Part shown: positions 22,101 through 30,386 of the stretch, one piece after another
How the letters are laid out: each line of letters begins with the position of its first letter
Numbering within the stretch: position 1 is the first letter of the stretch
DNA from: Escherichia phage ph0011
Sequence record: OP557969.1
DNA: 64,000 nucleotides
Strand: one strand, 5' to 3'
The notes under the pieces: model-generated
What the model was told of the DNA's origin: nothing
The model's input: the letters and a program-made list of their open reading frames with translations, nothing else
The model's database searches: none
Translations under genes and position numbers: made by a program

Positions 22101-23165
22101 CTTCGCCTGTGCACGAACCCATAATGTTCCATTCCAATACATAGAATTATTGCCGTACTCATTTCCTTTTGTGACCAAAACTACGTCACCATTTTGTGGT
22201 TCACCACTTGGACGGGACTCAGTTTCTTCATTTGGATCTAGTGCTAAGCCATAAACGCGTGTACCATCTTGCATTTTTTTAACATACACTTTATAAATTC
22301 TATTGTTTTCACCATCATTACCAATACTGGTGAATAGAATACGCATACCATCTTGTGGAATAATACCATCAATGCGAATACCGCTATTGACATCTTTTTG
22401 AATAATATCTTCAGGTTTGATACTATCAGAAAAAAGTTCAACTGTTCCACGGAATTTTGTACCGTAGTTAATTAGCTCGATATTTTTATTATATTCGATA
22501 ATTGGTGCACGAGCACGAATAAAACGAGAATCTTGCATTAGCTCTTCAGTCAAGATAGAACCGTCTTCTAGTGTTTCACCTAAAGTATACCAAAAGTTTT
22601 GCAAAGACCATGTATTACCATTAAGTGCTCCACGTTCCATTACAATGTAATCAGGTGTAATGATATTATAAGAGTTTTTGGTATCCCAAAGATACGAACT
22701 AAAATTGTTCATTTTATTTGGGTTAATTGCAGGAGTCCATGCATAAAACTTACCGTTAAATAAACGACTTTCATTATCGGTTAGTGCTCCGTAATGACTC
22801 ATGTATCCAACAAGATCATCATAAAATTGAATTGAACGAATTGTTGAATCATCATTTTTAGAGACATAAGCAGTGGACAACTGATATAGTTGACGTGCAA
22901 CAGAACTTTCATGCAAGAAGATATTACCAGCGGCAGCCGGAGAACCCATGTCACCAATATAACCGTCAACCAATTCGTTTTCAGCCGGATTAAACCATTG
23001 TTGAATAACATCATCACTGACTTTTTGAATATCTTCTAAGCCTTGCATCCACTCAGGCAATCTTTTGATAAAAAGCTTTTTCTGTACTGCTTCAGCCATC
23101 TGTGTAGGTTGAAACTTAAAATTATTAGTCATTTTTTCTGGACTCCATATAATTCGTTCATTCAT
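13164..23165 (-). CDS. Giant virion structural protein (3,333 aa), likely fused baseplate-wedge/fiber protein
   Basis: Uninterrupted 10-kb ORF with ATG 23163-23165; Y/N/D/T-rich; sits in the slot between gp6-like and neck genes where T4 has gp7-gp12/wac; own terminators on both sides. Confidence 0.6.
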   Translation of the reverse strand: MNERIIWSPEKMTNNFKFQPTQMAEAVQKKLFIKRLPEWMQGLEDIQKVSDDVIQQWFNPAENELVDGYIGDMGSPAAAGNIFLHESSVARQLYQLSTAYVSKNDDSTIRSIQFYDDLVGYMSHYGALTDNESRLFNGKFYAWTPAINPNKMNNFSSYLWDTKNSYNIITPDYIVMERGALNGNTWSLQNFWYTLGETLEDGSILTEELMQDSRFIRARAPIIEYNKNIELINYGTKFRGTVELFSDSIKPEDIIQKDVNSGIRIDGIIPQDGMRILFTSIGNDGENNRIYKVYVKKMQDGTRVYGLALDPNEETESRPSGEPQNGDVVLVTKGNEYGNNSMYWNGTLWVRAQAKPSVNVFPQFQLYDRNGIKLDNSTTYPSSTFKGSPLFGFKINYNYAADSVYGYNIELGDYNYYTYENFLQSQRYTYDHLGVEVEIGGLYYYNIIDENNKMNLQTDWVRSKEFSKQFVKQTPQVKRTDMYRVFSSVYDMELFKEPVEGMYAYVIEVDKTYQYYKAERETYLDWHQISGDGIQVLKYDHTFELAQKVLDNDSDIIEVVVDGVNISKYTKNVLKGQVQSITIDNSVELDDDSVIQIRTYSSTVTPDKELGAYEVPINLQNNPYNSNIIYINQGDYTLHFQDIIQQNITSGYADDFNDYEERLAKGLVNNGVGTKIIQNEASMLPLMAHTANEDIDLFEATMFMQSEYFRFINKFNTQMLRMYNENPTNFLQNSAANIVDSILATINMGRDSSFPFYYDNVGSTSGLIRAFIPPTPQFLGILQAYVPEKATFLTAGSKPSYYNISHTGIISKAYRVINGVDKMDDVVYELENRIFNSIDNKFKDVDYVPVLNSDDLFPTPYFTKTEYSAEEKQTLLLRGYINFTASNGISNSTHDYDPNNWRTWNYTGTYYVVDGKSTEIPARGSWRAIYTDQYGTYRPATHPWEMFGFTQRPTWWNQEYEPTAVQVGERDGDVVYVYEALVTDEQGDLVPSGLWDVNDTIGDSSTGTILYGDRRGQYDKYKRFGVQPFKITKTGNKTSSGVDICVVEYIAPEVLGLVSGSLVHRAEPWAYGDMGDMEFTYMNTTLFAYDQMLLLYKAKPAQFANYYWDTRNDNLKEIITTGEQFLYGDTRNRVNFDKNTTVHGEDNTRTIGYQMFVSDYLMYQNKNITTKYGDVVRSSYVNVGHKIGGFTKADQLTFNAKSFGLISQENQTIGLVRSNNIRDEQMSAIKITWNGSAYQIDGYDLVGAKFKYKLPVKNGRKVTLKLENRNIVHYNEWKSEASIEYGTIFNSYQEVYTFICGYGEYLKEHGWIFEDVNQDGIQQDWHTIAKDFVIWSQSPLVTGEFISCTPSAANAKFGSDFGSVQSITQNNGGVWSLLDDNNQGIRQYEIETSRIGNIFTVRTTDSNKRIALIRLSLCSYEHAVIFDDKTIFGDYIYQPTYGSIQELIKMYGYITGSWTGRLQAPGFIILESGTIPSFETLVTDFQHYYDNEHPVSDVQLQELSSHLIGYQSRDYLQRMISSDVSRVDFYKGFIHDKGTNQVLERVLRVSKSYDTDEYKALQEWAFKVGTYGNIDGKKNLQFKLINDQFKQQPQMMSFDENATSNGNGNNIVFFGEQGKDPQWITRPNGKFSFPMRSGRSEHIQLPDIGPVTLDEVSYTTKDFSTAFNDRMLYINGKGENPESVWMFKDGNGLWNIFELIDTNVKMVSITPIETTDVYAEKFCKVTLSDDIPLEDGDYYYFVDETNFMPDTLTVESQYYTAGDDSKVMVVPFDTSINIEFTDPDTRPRLYRYVSRFVSTEERQAYIDKKYSFKAPQSTLFERPTTYDERTNITALYLNVYDPINGVIPGAAMQNVTYTSPIDPAQYNSNGELVQAWGAEKVGQVWWNTSTAFYLDYTRAIYDADGNVDIDATNEYKRYNWGRLLPHSTIDVLEWVCSPVEPYNWDKYCKDVAKKNKNNNMYLPSGTALEDNYSTFLEYDSSTDSYVTKYYFWVRDTIYVPPIHTRTKSCTDIARIIKDPSQLNIPWFAPINENSFILSNMQFEVNDDTSVLTISYYMDNTEVVKHDQYQLCKEGESYNFNPLIWDSMWNSLIGQETTKSGKVVDLLYPEVDTGLGSNKTWFQNIIEARRNFVESANNYYRSQNITTNSVVMEDVFNVKTTEVNPNEVSFRVLTYNNELVIAVEKDKFKENDAVILSSSGYLPTPLSTSAVYFIHFDENGYIQLMNSPANAGSVVTITLENKGEGQHKMIKQSDYVESLGTSLDMTQYWSYADWYDVGYDSKTAYIQEISLEEANAKNYQVGDIIRVTDSENIWTLYIKSQSRDSIYWKAIGRQRSTIELNDLFYVDYNVHNEDGSLSNREINIRKALALLKNSFDLHQSEIVFDMVKYVHVEQGVVDWVFKTSYIYIVGLEQSLVQNYSNDNLINQIVEYFEEVKPYRTKIRSQIEQKTSDDDLIKGLCNDLDPNGYIFVDGSWVKTEKDIWDYEYAQYNETTKKWEKVGSLPSDFIAPNRRFQEIDIIMHYDNIQCKPNKDLANINELISVNNKYQSNEKDSVNTYELQRYIYSYPVYNEQSFDLVNAYLLQTYYPELDVTLGTANGVNQWYKEHADDLEATDEFTATLERIYNESTHNEMFTDLRHYVQYNTLANRLKLYKDISDDKIHDEVGCGFSGLVYNDNPSTRLPLGFSSSNDYNYGYFEISKELYEKYISFITEKYPDASEHDIKVKLEVEYGVYVYRYDEIGGDTRFYSDAVHVLAAMRGLFDKDSADMYEKAEEILSKTPIDIYAITMMPRKHVYLNINGEYQSIPDDKSIDDFMEDYFITNGEMIKLAEINLDDLPQDQNNPMYSDYQYIIDSIAEAKFFNDMNAFDNLALESQTSAIKWEVKDDEVDPYIIDISEINPASRAVGHIRFTVDGYGFDTESLVQLRNNSRYKTEGMAIINPYKHTEAIVSIPSYAKIEHDINKTASPFEEKYFYRVRSINSLTEAEIVDSDLSDGDKVMIFTPDGEDFIRYQNRTWETILRVSNIKHNTTPILFTVRTTGKETIELVDSSGNVLRYDNITLGQLNQPVQHLALNIVRVRTFADPEFTKGDIKLYEQNRNYTIDVINYDVFYDTTLNGGKYNDGVTPDDVDVWVVSNEIFNDDGITIDNGYNLPITGEGVLSELVRTKMPDCLEINVIEYDAKDIKPTKNNEGVWVYEYPMVDSMYIDVADATITNITTISEENTTYVAQPLSVSHYNVRNNVLSGSAANKSDIISIGYEKVEVRNTNNLLRGVMYSAEHDFKHDTTYSFNGINLGGYDKFKRYTQNSYTIDLSVYTNSLRVRGNDIQKILIVK

Positions 23166-23183
23166 TTGATTTATTTATTAGAT

Positions 23184-23207
23184 AAAAAAGGCGTTCCGAA
23201 GAACGCC
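23184..23207 (-). terminator. Intrinsic terminator (minus strand) between 1,153-aa baseplate gene and giant ORF
   Basis: Stem GGCGTTC/GAACGCC with CGAA tetraloop, followed by T-run on the minus strand. Confidence 0.7.
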
Positions 23208-23214
23208 GATATTA

Positions 23215-26200
23215 TTAAGAACCGATATTAATATTACTTTTAGCTAATGAGTTAACTATTTGAACATTTTCAACCGATGCAGTACTCAAGAATATTTGGT
23301 CCGAGCGTGAAGGTATTTCAAACAAAGAACCAAATTTGGAATTCGGATTTTGTGCAACTATAACAATTGTACTAATATGTCTTCCTAGTTGGGAATGTAT
23401 ATAAGTACATAAATCGGTATAATAGAAACTTTCACCAAAATCCCAGTTATCAACATTAAAATATTCATTCGTTAATGCTATCACATTTTGACGAATTTCA
23501 TCATCACTCATCGTGCTATTTGGTAGCTTAACAACTTTAAAATCAGCTTTATAATCTTCCGCAGCACTGTTCCCAAATAATGGTAGATACTCTGCACTAT
23601 GCCAGATAATACTATCACTGATGACTATTTTTTGTTCGACATCTTTGAACATATTTTTCAATTCAACTGATGTTGGAGGCTTCGGCATACTTCCAACTGC
23701 ATTATTTTTTAACCACACATCAACTTCAGTTTTGTATGAGTTTGTTAGTACATACATATCAATTAGGTTTGTTCTACTAGGATCAATACGGTTATCATCA
23801 GGTGCATAATGTTTCCAATGGAAATCTATACTGGTACGAGCATTCGTCTTAACCGTATATTGCGATGTAACATCTTTATAACCATAATAATCCAACTTCT
23901 GATTCTCATCAGCATTAGTACCCATGTTATTAATTGAACGATAAAACGCAAGTTCAGGACTAATAGTTCCGGTATCATCGGAATATGTCAAATTACTGAT
24001 TAATTGCCCCAAACGATCATTGTTATTACCAACAGTTTGTTCAATAAAATAATATTTACCATCATATTTAAAACACACTAAGAATCCAGAGCCTTTACTA
24101 TACAATCCACTCAATGTGTTAGAACGAATTGCATTATTTCGTACAAATTCGGTTCTTTTATATGTATTAGGTTCAGCTAATGCTTGTTCCATCGTATAAG
24201 ACCATGACGTATCCAGTAGTGAGAATGTATCATTTGGTAATGACAGTACTGAAATTGTAAAATCATTATTTTCCTTGAATATCAATATACCACCGTATTT
24301 TAATGCATCAGAACCTGACCATTCTGGAACAATATCTTTAAATTGATTCGGTTCCAATGGTATACCATTACTATCTACTTTTCTAGAGGTGACAATAATA
24401 CGAGAACCATCCAGATATCCATTTTCTTGCTGTATTGTGTCATAAATTTGAAAATCTATATTACTTGTTAGACCTGAGTTACTTGTGCTTGTTGTGTTGG
24501 ATGATAAAATTTCAATTTTATCACTTTGAACTGTACCAGAACTAATATCAGTTATTTTTTTGGATGAAACGAAATAGAATTTGACTTTATTACCACCAAC
24601 AAATATATATTCAATACCATTTGCATCAAATTCCCAGGTTTCTGCTGTATATTTAACGTTTATTACAACTAAAACTTCGTGACCATTGTAAACAATAGTA
24701 TCATCATTTGTACTAATTTCTACTGGAACCCATGAAGTTGTTTCTTTATCATGAACAATAACAAAATCAGTTTTTTTATCAAGCATTGCAGAAATAGACT
24801 GAACCTCAACCGAATCAAATCTTGTTCTATATGGTAATATATAATCAATTGCTTGCATTTTACTAGAAACTGGCGTACTTAATACATAAAACCCATTATC
24901 TAAAACACTAATAACACTTGCCCATATAGTTGTTGTAGAGTTGGAGAACTTAATTAAAGTGCCAACCTGATACGAATTATATACTGTCCCAGATGATCCC
25001 ATGATTCTTCCATATGTATTGGTAGTATAATTCGAATTATAAACAGGTGTCCATGATTGTTGAAGTTCAATTCCAATAGTATTTGGTGGATATGCTTGAT
25101 AACGTTGTATCACAGCATTTTCACCAATTAGTGGTTGAATATTGTCAATTACGATACTGGCATTTGTTTTTGTAGTTGGTAGTAATAAAGATTTATTAAA
25201 TTTAGTATTTTCTTTATATAATGCACCATCATCACTAAAAACATCAGTATTTTGATATTTTCCAGTAGGGTCATTAATATCAATGAATCGAGACTGTCCA
25301 CTATAAATTCTATTAATAGCTTTTGACTTAAGTACAGTGTTACCTAAACTGAGTGGAGCAATATTATAATCTTCACCATTAACAAAACGGTTTTGTGTGT
25401 AATACATTTGTGGTGCTCGTGCTTTAATTTGCTCAATAGTCTCAGCACTTTGTGCACGATCTGATTCGTATTGTAATGAAAAGCGTACATCTAGTGTGCT
25501 TGATTCATAACTGGATTGTGTTTTAGTACGATACGTATATTTTACACTTTTATTTTGAATTTCTGACGTTTTGATGTTATATGTTTTACCATTACTAACA
25601 CGATACCACACACGGAATGTACCACGCGGAACAACACCACTTCTGGAATCTGGATATTTAATTGTTATTTGATCTTTATCACGAGTTGTAACTGCAAAAA
25701 TTGTTTTAAGCTGGCGATTGACCGTGTTGTATGCAATACTTTCCATGGATGGAACTTTTGTCCATTTGGTACGAACAATACCATCTTCATTGATTTCTTG
25801 TACCCAAACATCAGTTTCATTTATGTTATCAACGTTTACCTCTTGTATTCTATTTTCTTCACGAATATTATATTGGTAATCTTGATATGTCAATGTTCCT
25901 TGGATAAAATACACAAAAAAACCAGTATTTGGTGAACTGAATCCATTACCATCATTTTGGTACACAATATATTTTTGCTCTTGTGGTTCTGGATGTCTCT
26001 CTTCAACACCAACAGATGTAATGTCAGGGTTAACCACTTCAAATGTCATTGATTCACCATTAACAGTTGCAACAAATGGTATACTTGGAGCACTCATAGG
26101 AATAGTATTCATTCGATAAAGCTGACGTGACACCCCATTGACATCAATACGTTTAACTGGATTACCGAACTGATTAGTACTAACAAATGAACTATTCATA

Positions 26201-26676
26201 ACAAGAATAAAGTTTTCATACCAATTCGCATCCATTGGGTCGTTCCAACGAATAATTTTATCTTTTAATGATTCATTAAAACTATTACGAACATCTTGGT
26301 TTGTTTTAATTTCTGTTAATTTTGCTACTGCACGACCTGGATATGAGCGACGTGGTGTATACGAAATCATTTTGGCTAATTTTAGAACCGATGCACGGCG
26401 TGTAGCAGTATCTAAGAAGTTTTCACGCGTGTTCAAATCCATACGAAATGCCAAGTTCTGACCCAGCATTGAAATGGTATCAAGAATAAAAATAAACTGA
26501 TCGTTTTCAATCCAGTCATTAAATGAATCAGGATACGTTTGACGCAAATAATCAATCATACTCTGGCGAATAGTATCAAAGTCAAATGCCGTGAGATTGA
26601 TTTTATAAAAACTTTCATATACTTGTGTCCAATCTTCACCACTATATAAATTTGATTGCCTTTTTTGTTGTGACAT
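23215..26676 (-). CDS. Baseplate wedge protein, gp6/J-like by position (1,153 aa)
   Basis: ATG 26674-26676 with RBS AAGGA; directly downstream of the gp25-like gene, as in the conserved W-J baseplate order; no motif verified. Confidence 0.4.
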   Translation of the reverse strand: MSQQKRQSNLYSGEDWTQVYESFYKINLTAFDFDTIRQSMIDYLRQTYPDSFNDWIENDQFIFILDTISMLGQNLAFRMDLNTRENFLDTATRRASVLKLAKMISYTPRRSYPGRAVAKLTEIKTNQDVRNSFNESLKDKIIRWNDPMDANWYENFILVMNSSFVSTNQFGNPVKRIDVNGVSRQLYRMNTIPMSAPSIPFVATVNGESMTFEVVNPDITSVGVEERHPEPQEQKYIVYQNDGNGFSSPNTGFFVYFIQGTLTYQDYQYNIREENRIQEVNVDNINETDVWVQEINEDGIVRTKWTKVPSMESIAYNTVNRQLKTIFAVTTRDKDQITIKYPDSRSGVVPRGTFRVWYRVSNGKTYNIKTSEIQNKSVKYTYRTKTQSSYESSTLDVRFSLQYESDRAQSAETIEQIKARAPQMYYTQNRFVNGEDYNIAPLSLGNTVLKSKAINRIYSGQSRFIDINDPTGKYQNTDVFSDDGALYKENTKFNKSLLLPTTKTNASIVIDNIQPLIGENAVIQRYQAYPPNTIGIELQQSWTPVYNSNYTTNTYGRIMGSSGTVYNSYQVGTLIKFSNSTTTIWASVISVLDNGFYVLSTPVSSKMQAIDYILPYRTRFDSVEVQSISAMLDKKTDFVIVHDKETTSWVPVEISTNDDTIVYNGHEVLVVINVKYTAETWEFDANGIEYIFVGGNKVKFYFVSSKKITDISSGTVQSDKIEILSSNTTSTSNSGLTSNIDFQIYDTIQQENGYLDGSRIIVTSRKVDSNGIPLEPNQFKDIVPEWSGSDALKYGGILIFKENNDFTISVLSLPNDTFSLLDTSWSYTMEQALAEPNTYKRTEFVRNNAIRSNTLSGLYSKGSGFLVCFKYDGKYYFIEQTVGNNNDRLGQLISNLTYSDDTGTISPELAFYRSINNMGTNADENQKLDYYGYKDVTSQYTVKTNARTSIDFHWKHYAPDDNRIDPSRTNLIDMYVLTNSYKTEVDVWLKNNAVGSMPKPPTSVELKNMFKDVEQKIVISDSIIWHSAEYLPLFGNSAAEDYKADFKVVKLPNSTMSDDEIRQNVIALTNEYFNVDNWDFGESFYYTDLCTYIHSQLGRHISTIVIVAQNPNSKFGSLFEIPSRSDQIFLSTASVENVQIVNSLAKSNINIGS

Positions 26677-26743
26677 AATTTATTCCTTTAAATCAGTAAA
26701 GTACTAGTTCAGTACTGGGAATTATATAGAAATATTTATTCAA

Positions 26744-26773
26744 AAAGAAAAGCACCCCGAAGAGTGCTTTTTT
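26744..26773. terminator. Intrinsic terminator hairpin downstream of gp25-like gene
   Basis: Stem AAGCAC/GTGCTT with loop CCCGAAGA, A-run and T-run on either side. Confidence 0.6.
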
Positions 26774-26778
26774 AATAT

Positions 26779-27174
26779 CTACAAAGACGATACTGAATAT
26801 GTTGCCATTCTATTATTACTTCTTGCATCAAATACAATAGAAAGTTCCTCTACAGTATTCAATACTACATAATGCAATACTATGTTCATTTGATATCCAT
26901 ATTCTATCCTTGAAATTTGTATTTTTTTAAGATTCAAACGTGGATCTAAAGAAATAATCCTTCTGGCATCTGCTTCCAAAAGGTTCATAGTATTATAACC
27001 TTCCAATTCAAACAACAAATCCCATGCAATAAAACCATAGTCTGCATCAAATGCCCTTTCGCCTTTTTTTGTATTGAAATGGTTCATTAAATCCTGACGA
27101 ACCAGTTCAGTATCGTACAATGTTTCCGTTCTACCCACAACTGGTGTGGAGAAACCTTTAAAAACAACTGCCAT
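26779..27174 (-). CDS. gp25: Baseplate wedge protein, gp25/GPW family (131 aa)
   Basis: KGERAFDADYGFIAWDLLFELEG matches the gp25 pattern G.R.FDP.FG..L.D.LFE; size typical; RBS AAGGA. Confidence 0.7.
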   Translation of the reverse strand: MAVVFKGFSTPVVGRTETLYDTELVRQDLMNHFNTKKGERAFDADYGFIAWDLLFELEGYNTMNLLEADARRIISLDPRLNLKKIQISRIEYGYQMNIVLHYVVLNTVEELSIVFDARSNNRMATYSVSSL

Positions 27175-27187
27175 TGTCTATTTCCTT

Positions 27188-27676
27188 TTATACGGATTCG
27201 ACGATTCGTGCCATCTTTTCCGCTCTAGAAGTGGTTTGTTTATACCAGGTACTATCACGCAATTCTTTACCAGCAGTTTTATAATCAGCATTACCCAATG
27301 CGGTCATTGCTTTTTTAAATTTCAAAACTTTGGCTTTGCCCATTTGGAACACCATCATCCACAAAACACGCTGTACTTGTACTGGTGCAGTCATGCCAAA
27401 TTGCTCATAAATTGATTTTGCGTCATTGTACGCGGCCTGAGCATCTTTAATAAGAAGTTGTTCAGCTTGTTCTTCAGTTAAGCCATTTTTGAAGTTTTCA
27501 CCAGGAAGAACTAAATGACCATAACCAATAGTATCAAGTCCCAAGCTATCTTTATATACCCAAAACTTATCATTTTTAAAATAACCAAGTTTTTTCTGAT
27601 AAGCAATAGTTCCTTCAAATTCTTTGATTTCATTAAAAAATTGCTCATCTGTATTTTTAATTTCCCATTTACTCAT
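27188..27676 (-). CDS. T4-type lysozyme (GH24), free-standing, probable endolysin (162 aa)
   Basis: Catalytic-triad context EFEG...KDSLG...DTIGYGH, plus MVFQMG and W..QT..RA blocks typical of T4 lysozyme; RBS AAGGA. Confidence 0.85.
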   Translation of the reverse strand: MSKWEIKNTDEQFFNEIKEFEGTIAYQKKLGYFKNDKFWVYKDSLGLDTIGYGHLVLPGENFKNGLTEEQAEQLLIKDAQAAYNDAKSIYEQFGMTAPVQVQRVLWMMVFQMGKAKVLKFKKAMTALGNADYKTAGKELRDSTWYKQTTSRAEKMARIVESV

Positions 27677-27692
27677 AAAGACATCCTTATAT

Positions 27693-27700
27693 TATTTATA
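27693..27700 (-). promoter_or_regulatory. T4-late-promoter-like TATAAATA (minus strand) upstream of lysozyme gene
   Basis: Exact TATAAATA on minus strand, 17 nt upstream of the lysozyme ATG; gp55 homolog encoded in window. Confidence 0.35.
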
Positions 27701-27712
27701 GTACTAAAATAT

Positions 27713-30376
27713 TTATTGACATGCCTCTAAACGACGAGCCATTAATTCAGCACGGCGTGTTGTTTGACGATACCAAGCCGAATTTCGTATTTGAGCAGCA
27801 GCTTGTTTATAGTTTCCTTTGGCTAATTCAGACAACATGGTCTTAAATTTAAGGACACCCCCTTTACCCATCTGGAATACCATTTGACATAGAACTTGTT
27901 GTGCCATGTAAGGAGTTTTCATGTTATATGATGCATAAATTGCCTTAGCATCATAAATTGCTTTACTACTGTCTCTAACAAGCATATCATTGGCTTCTTG
28001 TTCAGTTATACCTGACGAAAAGTTCTCACCGCTAACAATTAAGTGACCGTATCCAATAGTAGGGAATCCACGACTATCTAAGTAACGCCAGAATTTACCA
28101 TTACGGTAATATCCTTTTGCTTGTTGATATTGTATTGTACCCTCATATTCTTTTAATTCCGAAATAAACTGAGCATCACCTGGGACGATTTTCCAATCTA
28201 TTGCTGTTTTATCTACGTTACCAACATTATATGTAGGTTGTTCAACTGGCGTTGATGATACACTTCTACGTTGTGTTCTTCTTTTGCGTGGTACATGTCG
28301 TGAACCACGCTGAGAATAACCAGTCCCAATTGTTTTAATTTTAGTAGTTACTACTAATTCATCACTATCTACTGACGGTTGCACAACTGCTTGCGGTGAC
28401 GATTGATTAGTTGCTTTTCCAGCAATCAAAGTTTTATTAGCTGCATCTGCTCCAATTCCAGTTTGTGATGCATAGAACAATCCCGGATCAACTGAACCAC
28501 TAAACCCAAGTACATTTGCAGACGTTACACGTATTTCAAATTGAATAACACCTTTAGCTTTACCTATAACTTGTCCTTTTTGAACAACATCTTTATTCAA
28601 TAAATCAGTTTGAATATTATAAAATATAGATTTATATCCAGATTTGTGTTGTATTAAAATACCACCATTAGTGATTGCAACAACACCACCATCTGGTGCA
28701 ACAACATCACCTTTGCATTGTATTTCCCATCCAGAACGATCTGCTTTTCCACCGTTTTGTGTTGGAATACCTTTCCCCCAGTAACCATATTGGCGAATTG
28801 TCCCACTACATGGCATATACATATGTAAACCTTCATATGTGATACTATATCCAGTCATTCCAGCATCAGATACCATCAAATCTTGTGTTTGTACTTGTTC
28901 TGTTTCAGGTGTATAGTTAATAAACTGTATAGCTTCAGTTTCTTGAGCTTCTGGAATTTCTGGCGTAACATCATTAGCAGGTTGTGGCTGTACTGGTGAT
29001 TCACTTGAAATCTTCCCACCGCCTTGTCTCGGTGGTTCAACAGTGCTACCATGTTTTTCTGCATTAACCCAAGCAGAAATGTCATGAATGTGTTCATTTA
29101 GACCCGTAGATGGTGTTTTAAAGTTAGGAGCAGTAAATTCAGCAGTCCCGCTGTTTCCTCCACTGTTAACAGTCAATGTTTGACCACCACCGCTAATTAT
29201 TGCTGATGATGAACCAATTAAATTTGCGGAAGTAGAAGCAGATATAGATGCATTTGAACCTGCGGTAATATCAGTACTACTACCACTTTGCATACGCAAT
29301 GATGCAGCAGTAACTAATCGGAGATCTGCACCAGAATTAACAACAACCTGACCACCAACTTTTGCATCAAGTGCACCAATTAAATCCAACTTAGTATTTG
29401 CACCAACACGTGCATTGAAATCTTGACCAGATTCAATATTATATGAACGACCAGCAATCATATTAATATCCTGACCAGCACGAATATTGATATTCTTATC
29501 ACAATGCATATCAATATCACCTTCACCTGTAAATTTTATGCGTGCTGTTCCGTCACGGTTAATTAACAGAACGTCGCCTGTTGCTTCTGACAGTAATAGC
29601 TGTGCACCACTGCGAGTTTTTATAACAACTCCTTCATTTTTACGGGAACCAACACGTGTATCGTTTACTGGGTTATTAAATTGTGTATCCTGATAACCAT
29701 CTGGATCTTGATCCCATGTAGGTGCGGTTAATTCCTCTTCAGTATATCCATCATCGATAATAAAACTATTTCCACGTGGTGACGACATACCATATACAGT
29801 ACTGGTTGTCTGGCGGGTGCTACTGCGATTAGCAAGACCTGCTTCTTCATCATATAAAAGGTTTTGTTTTTTCAAACCAGCAATGATTGGAACGTTTGCA
29901 TACTTATCTTGCATGTCTGTTGTGATTGTGTTACGATCATAATCAGTAACAGGGATAGGCATATCCGTTCCGCTATAACTACTAACTTCAGTTGCCATGC
30001 CTGGAACCATAGTATTCATGCGATGGTCATATACACAACCAATCCAATATGCCTGAAATGTACGTGCCTGTGCGAAAATCACAATAACAGTGCACCCAAC
30101 ATCAGGCGGTACAGCCCAGAATCCATAGCCTTTGGGATATTGACCATATGCATCGGCACTTGGAATACCTGGTGTTTTGCCAGCAAATGGTGACATATAT
30201 GATGCTTCAATCCATGATTCTTTGGAATTTTTATCACTTTGTGAACCTTGTATCCAAACTTTCAATTTTCCTGATTTAGTTGGATCTCTATTATCCATAA
30301 CCGTTGCTAACTGTGGGTAAGATGGGTCAAAACGACCCAACTGTTGTTGTGCATACTTTTTACTTGTATCTGCCAT
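27713..30376 (-). CDS. gp5: Baseplate central spike (gp5-like) with degenerate M23-like domain and C-terminal GH24 lysozyme domain (887 aa)
   Basis: N-terminal OB-like region, G/S/N-rich beta-helix repeats, M23-shaped block GWEIQCKGDVVAPDGGVVA...QFEIRV lacking the His ligands, and C-terminal lysozyme domain (EYEG...LDSRG...PTIGYGH...MVFQMG) ~55% identical to the adjacent free lysozyme. Confidence 0.8.
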   Translation of the reverse strand: MADTSKKYAQQQLGRFDPSYPQLATVMDNRDPTKSGKLKVWIQGSQSDKNSKESWIEASYMSPFAGKTPGIPSADAYGQYPKGYGFWAVPPDVGCTVIVIFAQARTFQAYWIGCVYDHRMNTMVPGMATEVSSYSGTDMPIPVTDYDRNTITTDMQDKYANVPIIAGLKKQNLLYDEEAGLANRSSTRQTTSTVYGMSSPRGNSFIIDDGYTEEELTAPTWDQDPDGYQDTQFNNPVNDTRVGSRKNEGVVIKTRSGAQLLLSEATGDVLLINRDGTARIKFTGEGDIDMHCDKNINIRAGQDINMIAGRSYNIESGQDFNARVGANTKLDLIGALDAKVGGQVVVNSGADLRLVTAASLRMQSGSSTDITAGSNASISASTSANLIGSSSAIISGGGQTLTVNSGGNSGTAEFTAPNFKTPSTGLNEHIHDISAWVNAEKHGSTVEPPRQGGGKISSESPVQPQPANDVTPEIPEAQETEAIQFINYTPETEQVQTQDLMVSDAGMTGYSITYEGLHMYMPCSGTIRQYGYWGKGIPTQNGGKADRSGWEIQCKGDVVAPDGGVVAITNGGILIQHKSGYKSIFYNIQTDLLNKDVVQKGQVIGKAKGVIQFEIRVTSANVLGFSGSVDPGLFYASQTGIGADAANKTLIAGKATNQSSPQAVVQPSVDSDELVVTTKIKTIGTGYSQRGSRHVPRKRRTQRRSVSSTPVEQPTYNVGNVDKTAIDWKIVPGDAQFISELKEYEGTIQYQQAKGYYRNGKFWRYLDSRGFPTIGYGHLIVSGENFSSGITEQEANDMLVRDSSKAIYDAKAIYASYNMKTPYMAQQVLCQMVFQMGKGGVLKFKTMLSELAKGNYKQAAAQIRNSAWYRQTTRRAELMARRLEACQ

Positions 30377-30386
30377 ATTTTATTCC

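Noticed and set aside
13164-23165. Giant ORF as an N4-like virion RNA polymerase
   Set aside because: A 3,300-aa phage protein invites that idea, but the replication genes are T4-like (family-B polymerase, gp55, gp46/47), the gene sits in the baseplate/fiber slot, and I could not find T7-like RNAP motifs by eye. Left as structural pending HMM searches.
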